The notes below the pieces were generated by a model. It was not told where the DNA came from. It saw only the letters and a program-made list of their open reading frames with translations, and did no database searches. Shown here one piece after another: positions 48,901 through 59,220 of a DNA stretch of 64,000 nt (position 1 is the first letter of the stretch; every line of letters begins with the position of its first letter). A program made the position numbers and the translations under genes. This DNA comes from Azolla caroliniana (taxonomy: Eukaryota; Plantae; Polypodiophyta): NCBI GenBank assembly GCA_043228905.1, contig JBHGNT010000001.1, positions 18,786,001 to 18,850,000 on the forward strand. The letters are read 5' to 3'.

Positions 48901-51900
48901 TAGCATAAGGTCATGAGTTCGAGTCTTGCCATATCATGACACTATCACGACAAGTGGAACGAGTCGGCACTGATTGCGGACCGGGTTTGTCCGGATACTT
49001 TCGGTGGAAATCAGCCAGAAGATCCTGTGCATTGGCAACATGCTCGACGGGTTCCCAAGTACGTTCGCTCAAACTATAACCAAGCTAATCGACCAAGTAA
49101 TAAAGTTTGTTGCGAACAAGTTTGGAATCGAGGAGGGCAGCAATTTCATACTCTGGGCCAGCGTCCAACTCTAGCGGGGGCGGCGGTGGTGTCACACGAT
49201 CGGGAATGGTGTTTGCCTTATAAGGTTCAAGAAGTGAACAATGGAAAACCGGATGTATCTGAAGCTGTGGAGGGAGATCAAGGAGGAATGTGACATCATT
49301 AATCTTACCCGTAATACGGAAGGGACCGAGTCGTCAATAATCCAACTTGTCGCACGGTCGAGTAGTCTTGATGTGACGACGTAAGAGCCATACTCGATCT
49401 CCGATGGCAAAAGAGGAGGGAATCTGATCACGATCCTCATAAGTCTTCTGTGTGTGTTGAGCATGATGAAGGTGAGTAGAGAGATCCATCTGGATCTTGC
49501 ATAGCCTCTCCAAATGATTTTCGGCACGAGGGTTGGTAGGTAGCTCCGGGGTGTCGATCACCGACCAGCGAGGATGGAAACCGGTATAAGCGAAAAATGG
49601 GGAGACCCGAGTCGAGGAGTGAATAGCATTATTATACGCAAACTTCGCAAAGTGGAGAATCTCGGCCCAATCGTCCTGTTGATAACTCAGGAAACACCGG
49701 AGATATTGCTCCAGCGTTTGGTTTGGTCGTTCCGCTTGCCCGTCGGTCTGAGGATGGTAGCCAGAGGAGATGTTGCAGGAGACCTGGATCATCTTGAAGA
49801 GATGCTGCCAAAATTTGGAGACAAAGTGCGGTCCTCGGTCACCGATGATACTGTCTGGGAGGCCATGATGCCGAAATACCTCATGCATAACAAGGGCGGC
49901 GGTTTCCTCGCTAGTGATGGCTTTAGTACACGGCACAAAATGTGCCATCTTCGTATATCGATCGATGACGGTTAGGATAGCATCGAACCCCTTCTAGACC
50001 GGCAGATCTGTGATAAAATCAAGACAAATAGACTGCCACAGCTTACTTGGAATCGGTAAGGGTTCCAACAAGCCATATGGATGGTGTCGTGGCATCTTTG
50101 CTCGGCAGCAAGCATCACAGGTCCGAATGTAGTCGTCGACAAAACGGCGCATGTGGGGCCACCAAAAAGATCGTTGCACTAGCTCCAACGTCTTAGTACT
50201 ACCGAAATGTCCCGCCGTATGGGTGTCGTGACAATGTTGGACGATTTGAAGGCGACAGGAGCAATCGGGGACATATACGCGCTTTTTAAAGAATAACAAA
50301 CCATCATGATATTCGAATTGTCGGTAGTCAATACCTGGTTGTTGAGACTGAGAATAGGATGCCCGAGAAGTATCAATGTGCACCAGGATGTCTTGAGCAA
50401 AACTATCCGTCTTCAAGGTTGCATGTATGTCATCGGTAATCCGTGAATCCATCGGGGTGTGAAAAATCCGCGTCGTGTGCAATCGTGTTGGTCCCAAGAT
50501 TAGTTGCTTTTAATTATCAAATGTTGCATCACCAGGACGAGGTGCAAGATATGAACGCCGTGATAGTGCATTTGCTTTTCCTTGCTGCTTCCCCGGTCGA
50601 TATGTGATTTTGAAGTCGAAACGCGTAAGGAATTGCGCCCACCGAGCTTGCCGTCGATTTAGTACGCGAGCGTTTTGAAAATAAGCAAGATTTTTATGAT
50701 CACTAAAGACAATGACCTGATGTAGAGAGCCCTCTAAGAAATGCCGCCATTGCACAAATGAATCCACGATGGCTAATAACTCCTTGTCATGTATTTCGTA
50801 GTTGATTTCTGCGACATCGAATTTGCGCGAATGGAAAGCCACCGGATGCAACTCTTCTTTATCTCCTTGTTGAGAAAGGATGCTACCGAGGGCGAAATCT
50901 GATGTGTCGGCCTCCATGATGAATGGTTTGCTTGTATCCACATGAGCTAGAATCGGTGCTGATGTAAAGGCTTTCTTAAGATGCCGAAAAGCCATATCTG
51001 CTTCGATGGACCAAAGAAATGCTTGGCCCTTCTTCATAAGTTGTGTGAGAGGTAAAATAATCTTTGAGTAATCCTGTATAAACTTACGGTAGAAGTTAGC
51101 AAAACCTAGAAAACATTGTACATCTTGTACCGACCGTGGAATTTGCCACTCTAGTACAGTTTGGATTTTAGCTGGATCCATGGCGATGCCCTTTGAGGAG
51201 ATGACGTAGCCTAGAAATTCCACTTGCTTGCAGTCAAAGCTACATTTTTCTAGCTTGGCATAAAGACCATTCTCGCGGAGTCGCTTTAGTACTAATAGTA
51301 CATGAGAATCGTGCTCTTCCTGGGTCTTCGAATAAATCAATAGATCATCTAGATAGATGATCAAACAGATATCCAAGAGGTCTCTGAATATATCATTTGC
51401 CATGTGTTGGAAGACTGCGGGTGCATTGGTTAGGCCGAACGGCATAACAGTATACTCGAAATGCCCATACCGCGTGCGAAAGGCGGTCTTCCATTCATCT
51501 CCCGGTCGGATCTGCACGAGGTTATACACTCCTCGTAGGTCAATTTTAGTAAAAAACTTGGCACCATTAACTCGCTCTAAAAGGCTTGATATAAGAGGAA
51601 GTGCATACCTATTCCGGATGGTGACTTTATTCAATCCGCGGTAATCAACGACGAGACGAAGTGAGCCCTCTTTCTTCTTGACAAAGAAGATGGGTACACC
51701 GGCCGGAGATTTTGAATGACGGATGAACCCGCTTGCCAAGTTCTCCTCTATGTAGGCTCGAAGGACTTCTAACTCGGTGGGTGACAAGTTGTAAATTGGT
51801 CCCCATGGTGGCTCGGTTCCTGGTTGTAAATCAATGGGACAGTCATAGGGACGGTGATGAGGAAGGGTACCGGCTTTTACCTTGTCAAATACATCGGCAT

Positions 51901-54660
51901 AAGGATGATATTTTGCCGGAAGTTGTACTAAGGAGTCCTTCTTAATAGTGCTTGAAGGATGTATTGATATTGCAAATAGGAACATTGCCTCCTTGTGTCC
52001 TTCTTCGCGTAATTGATGGAGTGAAATGGTCGAAACTCGGCGAGTAGATTCTTGGGGTGGTCAATATCGGGCTTCTCTTGTTCTCCAATCTATGGCTGGA
52101 TTATGTAATTCAAACCAAGGTAATCCTAGGACAATGGGATGCTCTGGACTACTAATTATATTAAATGATATTACACACACAAAACTACCTAGGACAACTT
52201 GAATGGGTTCTGATTCTTCTACAATATTCCCGGAAGCAATGGGACGACCATCAATGACCACTACAGATGCGGGACAAGGAAGTTTCCTTAGGGATATCTG
52301 AGAAGCTTGGGCAAAATTTTGATCCATAAAACAGGAATTAGCTCCGGAATCTAAGAGTGCTAGGACGGGTACTGGGGGAGTACTTTTAGTACTAACAATG
52401 ACTTGGGCTAGGAACACATTGCTAACTTGCTTCGAAGGAATGGAACCACTAATGGGTTGTACAGATCTAGGGCTGCTGTCCAACCAAACGGCTCCTATTT
52501 TGGCTGGACTCAATCGTTTAACTCTTCATCTAATTGACTAAGGATTTCAAATTTGTTTGAGATATTTCGGCTATTAGTACTATGAATACTATCTGACACT
52601 CTATTAGTACTATTAATACTATCAGACACTCCGAAGGGAAGAATTGACTCGGGTTTAGTACAGGAGATGATTTGATTTACATGTCTTCTTGGCCTATGGG
52701 GACAATTGATGGCGGTATGCCCTGGTCCACCACAATAAAGACATAATCGATTGGCACGTTGTCGTTGCTTTTCTTCTTCCGATAATAGGCCGCATCGACG
52801 CATGGTGTCAATCTCCATCGGTGTCGGAATATTGGCTTGAGGTACATCGCGCGCAAACGGTTTAGTCGTGATTGAGGCGTATGTGGGTTCCGGCCGAGAG
52901 CGTGGTATTTGTAACTGACGTTCCGAACGCCGTTCGAAAAGGCGGTTGTCGCATCGGACCGCTCGACTGATTGCCTCCGTAAAAGACTTTGGTTCTTCGG
53001 GGAAGGTTAAAAGCAAATCTTTGACATCATTGCGCAAGCCGTAGCGAAACTGCTCCATGAGGGCCTGATCATCCCAGGGGATATCTGAGGCGAGTAGACG
53101 GAAATCTACCGCGTAGGCAGAGGCTGGACGATCGCCTTGACGCAATCTTCGGATCTTGTTGATCGCCGTCCTGATGCTATCGGTATCTCCAAAGCAATCT
53201 TTAAACTCACCAATAAAATCTTCAAAGTTATTAAGCAAGGGCGATTGTTTTTCTAGAAGCGGAGCGAATCATGCCAAGGCTGAGCCGCTAAGTAACGTGC
53301 CTATTAGGCCGACTCGAGATTCATCAGTGGGATATCGGGAAGGATGCATCTGGATGACTAAGCGTACCTGATTCTGGAATCCCCGGAATTGCGATCGCGT
53401 TCCATCAAATTTCGCAGGAAGTCCAATCTTGGGCTCTTTATGAAATACTTGGGGACTTGATCCTTGTTGTTGCAATGCTGCTTCGAGTTGTTGTACTCGT
53501 AACGCTAACTCCCCATGTTGTTGTTGCGTTTGTTCTTTTTCGAGAGCGATTTGTTGCAGATCCCCTATCAACCGTTGGTTTTCTTGTTCCAGGGCAACCA
53601 ACTTTTCTTTTAGGCACTGTAACTCAGAGAAAACGGATTGATATTCTTGGGCGCTAACAGTAGCCATAGTACAGGGAAAAGGGTAGGAGGATGAGGGAGA
53701 ACAACAAGTAGGCTGGAGGAAAGGGAAAATTGGTTCAAACTGTCAGGAATAGTACTAAAGCAGAGATGGAATTAGTACTAAGAAGAGTAGTACTATTAGT
53801 ACTAAGAGGACGGGAGTGCGTAAGATTCCCGAGAGAGGAAGTGAGAAGAGGAGAGAGAGAGATAGCGAGGATGAGAGAGAGAGAAAGATGACGACAACAA
53901 CTAATATATTATGTGAAAAGATAAGTACAAGCGGCTAAGAGGCTTAAGACTGGCGTTGAACCAATTTGATTCAAAACAATGCCTTGTGCCTCCTTTTATA
54001 GTGTTTTTTAGGAATAATCCTAAAGCTTCTAGAATGTTCCAGAGAGATCTGGAATATACATCAATTTTCTATGATAAAGCATAAATGAAAATAATATCCT
54101 ACAAATTACAATTCATAGTCTAATGGTAAGAGCTCGGCCCATGTAGCATAAGGTCATGGGTTCGAGTCTTGCCATATCATGAAAACTACATGCTAACGAA
54201 GGAGGACTTCACCACCGTAAGAGATGAGTTAGCCGAAGATTTTGTAACTCTGGCGGAGGAGCAGTCAACAGTGGTCCGACAACTTGTAGCACAGCTAGAT
54301 GATGCTCAAATCCAGTTTGAGAGCTATGAGTGGACGAGGCTACGGAGAGAAGAAGCAAAGCAGGCGGCGACCGTCAACCTCAACGATGAGGAGCCATCAC
54401 CGGAGCAAGGACCGGAAGGAGACAAGGCTGGGGCGAGTCAACCAGAGTCAAATCTGGCGGAGTAGCTAATGGAGGAATCACCGCCACAACCGCCGGTACT
54501 GGGAGCCGAACAGACGCCATCTAAGGAGCAACAGTCGGAGGAGCCGAAGCCACAACAACAGCCGCAACCGGAGCAATAGCAGCCACAACATCAACAATAG
54601 AGTTCCAAACAACCATTGGATACCTTGGAGAAGAGTATTCTAGATATCTTGGACGAAGGC
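45986..54660 (+). pseudogene. Extra 3' ORF of element D (45986-48499 and 54190-54660), split by element E
   Basis: HGLEGFL..PPH, YFGEYS..KAYR, GLIIATYEG.KVD, Pro/Gln-rich linker, long E/K/R/Q-rich coiled coil (47396-48480). Confidence 0.78.
48500..54184 (-). mobile_element. Decayed Tcn1-like chromovirus ('element E'), relative of F
   Basis: LTRs 48500-48941 and 53741-54184; TSD GCTAC/ACTAC; gag 52510-53667, pol fragments to ~48950 incl. chromodomain relic; PPT deleted. Confidence 0.92.
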
Positions 54661-54697
54661 TAAGGGCCGGATAGTGGGATTCGACGTACAAGGTACT

Positions 54698-54714
54698 GTC
54701 CCACGGGCGTGCCA
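54698..54714 (-). promoter_or_regulatory. Inverted PBS-like site at the PPT position of element D
   Basis: Plus strand GTCCCACGGGCGTGCCA, then TG, then the 3' LTR; minus strand reads TGGCACGCCCGTGGGAC. Confidence 0.85.
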
Positions 54715-57503
54715 TGTGTTACCCGGCTGGCAAAGAGGAGTAAAAGACCAGAATGTGAAAGGGATGGTTATTCGGAATATATTTTAATTAAGTAGAGTAG
54801 ATTATAATTATGTAGTGAACGGACGGACCGGAATTGGTATGCCGATCCGGATCCGGACCGGTTCCGAATAGATGCCGGTTGGCACCGTTTTGTACGCAAC
54901 ACCGGTGACCTATATAAAGGCCCGGTTACAATGTATAACTTTAACGGAGAATTAATATAAGCTTCTTGTTTTATCTTCACGTATTGATTACCGTTCTGTA
55001 TTTATTGTTATATCTTACGCGTGTATTAAGTGAATGCTTTATCGCTAAGTAGCCAATTAAGTCGGATTAATTGTTGTGTCTTAAGTTATTTCGCCATAAC
55101 ACCCCTTTGGTGAAGTGTCTTCCGGAGACACCTTGTGTTAGGCCATTGTCCGGCCCTAAGGATTAACATCTTCCAGTCTCCGCTCGAGTTATCGGATCCG
55201 TGCCGCCAACAGCTCCTCTCTGCGGACTAGTCAACTGCCAACCACAAAGAGATCATCCTTTCCACCGGCATGATCGGTTTCTATCCGAACATAAGCTCGG
55301 CCGGCATGCATCCGGTCACCAAACTGTGCGTAGTTTGGTCGAGCCAAAGCGCACAGGGAAATAGTCTCGACCAGTTCCTCACTCATCCGTCACACGATTG
55401 CACCAATGCTTTCTCGATCAGCCTAGGATCCACGCTTGACTTCCCATTCGCCTCCGGATTGTAAGATGTGGTGAGGGAAAGGTTTACGCCTAATCGGTTG
55501 AACAACTCAGCTCCTCAACTCCTCAACTTCCTGCGCATCTAGCTCCCCTTGGTCGGCCACGATCCTACCCACGCACCCGTATCAGCGAACAACATCTTCT
55601 ATTAGTAACTTGCATATGACCGCGGTTGTCTTGTTCGTCAATGCTCATCCCTCCACTTGATTCGTCAGATCTTCTCTCACGAGCACTAGGTATCGCATCT
55701 GTCCTACCCCCTTCGGCATCGTCATCAAGTGGACCATCCACTTGAAGTGTATGGCTGGCGGTAGGTCGGGTGTAACATGTCTCGGTGCCGTACTTTGGAA
55801 TGCACTTGGCAACTCTTGCATGTCGTTACAAAATCGTGCACGTCCCAGTACTTCCCAAGCCACCAATACTTCTCCTTTAGTTTCTCGAACGTGGCCCATG
55901 TGCCTCGATGTCCGGACCAAGGAATCTCGTGGAACTCCGTCATCAACACCAATTGGGGTTCTTCCTGCGTCACCATGCAGAGTGGTGCGTCGTTCCGCTT
56001 CTTCGGATGCCGCCAGATTTTCCCGCCTCGTAGGAAGAATTTGTAACCTTTCTTCTGGAGTCGACTTGCTTCTTCTTTCGTCCACGACACTTTCGTCATC
56101 ATCGTGCTCAGGAATCTTCCGTTCAGAAGCCACTCCCCATTGTAGTCTTCCTCATTGAACTCGTTCAGGGACAGAGTGCTCCGCTTGTTCGCTGACATTC
56201 AAGCCGACTCGGAGAAGTCGACACCGACCTCCTGATCTTCCAACACCATGTCGTCCTTCTTCTCGAACCATGCTCTTGAGAACATATCAGCCATGGTGTT
56301 GTCCTTTTTGGAGATGTGTCGTATCTCCGGATGCAGGAACTTGATGTGCGCGATCCACCTAAGCATTGCCAAGTCCGGAGTCGGAGATCCGGAAACCATA
56401 TTGAGGATTGGTAGGCAGTCTGTCTCCATTATTACTTCTATCCCGATCAAGTAGTCTTTATCGGCCTTGACCGCCGAAACAATACCGCAAAGTTTGTGTT
56501 TAACTTAGGCGTATCCTCGTTGTCGCTCGCTCAACACCTTCGCACCAAACCGGATGGGGAACCATGTGTTGTGCTCATCTTCCTGATTAACCACCCACCC
56601 GATTCCAGTCGGACTTGTATCCACCGTTACGTAAACCGGAGTTTCCACCTTGTAAACCCCTTTTTGAAGAGCCGATGTTGATGTCAGGCCCTCCTTCAGT
56701 TTCTAGATTGCCTCCCTGTGCTCTACACCCCATTTGAACTGTCGACCCTCCTTTAGTAACTCGTAGAGCGGCTTGGCAAGGTGTGCGTAGTCTGGGATCC
56801 AAATGTGGTAAAAGGCACACACTCCCAGGAGTCGCTGAACTTTCGTGACCGACCTGCATTCCTTCTTCATCACGGAGATGGCCTCTACCTACGCCGGAGA
56901 CAGTTTCCGGCCATATGGCCCACACAAGTGCCCCACTACTAGGATCTCGGATTGTCCAAAAGCCTACTTCTCCCCAGAGATGGTAAGCCAAGCGCCCTCA
57001 AGCCTTTGGAGTATCTTCTCGCAATTGGAGATGTGATCCACGACAAACCTCCGGCATCCGTCTGGCCCAATTGATTCATCCTTCACCTCCTTTGGACATC
57101 CCTTGATCGGCATGTCATCCAAGAAAGGCATGGTGATGTCCGGGATCTAGTCTTGAAAGACCTTATTCATTGCATTCACCATGTGTGCCACCAAGTTGGT
57201 CCCTGCTCTCTACGACTAGCTAGAATTGGTCATATCCAGAGTACAAGTCGCCGACTGAGTAGATCGACCTTCCTGTGAAGGCCTCCGCAAACTCGTCAAT
57301 TGTCGGCCTGATCCCTGCATTTTGAATGGTCACCTTATTGAATGGCTGCAAGTCTTCAATGAAGCGCAACATGCCGTTCTTCTTCGGCACCGTAAACCAC
57401 CGATTTGAGTATGGGGCGCTCAACGGCTCGAGGATCCCAATCTCGATCTTCTATTTGAGCCGCTCTGTCAACTTCGGTATGTGAGCTCTTGGCACTGGAA
57501 CTG

Positions 57504-57568
57504 TCATAACTAGACTCGAACCCATAACCTTTTGTTACACGGGTCGAGACTTTACCATTAGGTTATGA
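57504..57568 (-). other. tRNA-like A-box/B-box module at the LTR start (also 62799-62863, and plus-strand 48870-48941, 54113-54182)
   Basis: Minus strand TCATAACCTAATGGTAAAG...GGGTTCGAGTCTAGTTATGA. Confidence 0.7.
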
Positions 57569-57791
57569 GTTGTAATTTGAAGGATATTATTTTCATTTAG
57601 GTTTTATTAGGAAATTGATGTATATTCCAGATTTCTCTGGAACATTCTAGAAACTTCAGGAGTATTCCTGAAGACACTATAAAAGGAGGCGCAAGGCATT
57701 AGTTCGAACCAAATCGGTTCAACGCCAGTCTTAAGCCTTCTAACTACTGTTGTATATCTTCCGTCATATAATACATATATCTTTCGCATCA

Positions 57792-57829
<38 letters not shown>

Positions 57830-57964
57830 ACTCATTCCTTCTCTCAAAGTTCGACGCCTCTCATAGTACTAATCCTTCTCTGTCTTAGTACTATTCCCCA
57901 ACAATAGTACTAATCCTTCTTTTAGTACTAATTCCTTCTCTGCCTTAATAGAGTTCCTGACAGT

Positions 57965-57976
57965 TTGAACCGATTT
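57965..57976 (+). promoter_or_regulatory. Tf1-type self-priming PBS
   Basis: TTGAACCGATTT is the reverse complement of AAATCGGTTCAA at 57711-57722, 33 nt after TATAAAA (57678); no TGG tRNA site. Confidence 0.88.
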
Positions 57977-58050
57977 ACCCTACTAGTCTCCCTCTTCCTT
58001 CTGTCTCTCTCCTTTCCTACTAGTCTCTTATTTCCCTTTTCCTTCATCCC

Positions 58051-59220
58051 ATGGCCACCGTTAGCGCTGAAGAGTATCAATCCGTTTTCTCGGAATTTCA
58101 ATGCTTGAAAGAGAAGTTTTATGCTTTGGAACAAGAAAATCAACGCTTGTTGGGGGATCTTCAGCAAATTTCCTTAGAAAAGCAGCAAACGCAACAACAG
58201 CATGGGGAACTTGCGTTACGCGTGCAACAACTCGAAGCAACCATCGTAGCAATGCAACAACAAGGGCACGGAGCACAAGGGATTCATAAAGAACCCAAGA
58301 TTGGCCTTCCCACGAAGTTCGATGGAACGCGATCGCAGTTTAGAGGGTTTCTTAACCAGGTACGGTTAGTTATTCAAATGCATCCGTCCCGATATCCCAC
58401 CGATGCATCACGAGTGGGTTTAGTAGGCACGTTGTTAAATGGCTCAGCATTAGCATGGTTCGCTCCGCTACTAGAAAAGGAATCTCCAGTACTAAATAAT
58501 TTTGAAGAATTCATAAGTGAGTTTAAAGCATGTTTTGGAGATACTGACAGCATAAGGACTGCAATCAACAAAATCCGGCGATTACGCCAAGGTGACCGTC
58601 CAGCCTCCGCATATGCTGCAGATTTCCGCCTACTCGCCGCCGATATCCCCTGGGATGATCAAGCATTGATGGAGCAGTTCCGCTATGGTCTACGCAACGA
58701 TGTCAAGGATTTACTCTTGACTTTCCCTGAAGAGCCAAAATCATTAACAGAAGCAATCAGTCGAGCGGTCAGATGTGACAACCGCCTCTTCGAGCGACGT
58801 TCGGAACGACAATTTCAGATGCCGAGGGCAAGATCCGAGCCTACCTATGCCTCAGTGGTAGCGAAACCTTTTCAAAGGGAGTCACATAATGCGCCTCCAG
58901 TAAGTACTCCAACTCCAATGGAAATTGACACTACACGTCGTCGTGGGCCGCTATCGGAGGAGGAAAAGCAACGACGCCGAACAAACCGATTATGCCTTTA
59001 TTGCGGTGGACCAGGGCATATCGCGATAAACTGTCCCCATAGACCAAGAAGGCAGGTAAACCAAGTCATTGTTAGTTCTGACTATACTAAACCCGAGTCT
59101 ATTTCAGTAGGAATCTCTGATAATCCTCATAGTCATAATAGTCCTAATAGTACTAATAGTCCGAATCTCGCAAACAAATTTGATGTCCTTAGCCAATTAG
59201 AAGAAGAGTTAAACGACTAA
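58051..59220 (+). CDS. Gag (389 aa) of element F
   Basis: Coiled-coil N-terminus, P.KFDG.RSQFRGF, retrotransposon gag core, PTPMEID, CLYCGGPGHIAINC. Confidence 0.95.
   Translation: MATVSAEEYQSVFSEFQCLKEKFYALEQENQRLLGDLQQISLEKQQTQQQHGELALRVQQLEATIVAMQQQGHGAQGIHKEPKIGLPTKFDGTRSQFRGFLNQVRLVIQMHPSRYPTDASRVGLVGTLLNGSALAWFAPLLEKESPVLNNFEEFISEFKACFGDTDSIRTAINKIRRLRQGDRPASAYAADFRLLAADIPWDDQALMEQFRYGLRNDVKDLLLTFPEEPKSLTEAISRAVRCDNRLFERRSERQFQMPRARSEPTYASVVAKPFQRESHNAPPVSTPTPMEIDTTRRRGPLSEEEKQRRRTNRLCLYCGGPGHIAINCPHRPRRQVNQVIVSSDYTKPESISVGISDNPHSHNSPNSTNSPNLANKFDVLSQLEEELND

Larger units (their letters stand above)
39407..55168 (+). mobile_element. Full-length decayed non-chromovirus Ty3/gypsy (Phygy/Tat-like, 'element D'), same group as A
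   Basis: LTRs 39407-39854 and 54717-55168 (TGTTACCCGG...GATTAACA); perfect TSD TCTTC; TATATAAA on plus; gag-pol and extra ORF. Confidence 0.94.

Noticed and set aside
54113-54182. Functional tRNA genes in the LTRs and at ~19245
   Set aside because: A/B boxes are present but I could not fold a proper anticodon arm or cloverleaf; treated as tRNA-like modules
57795-57826. (CT)n microsatellite and TAGTACTA repeats as independent features
   Set aside because: Integral parts of the E/F LTR R-U5 region, present in both LTR copies
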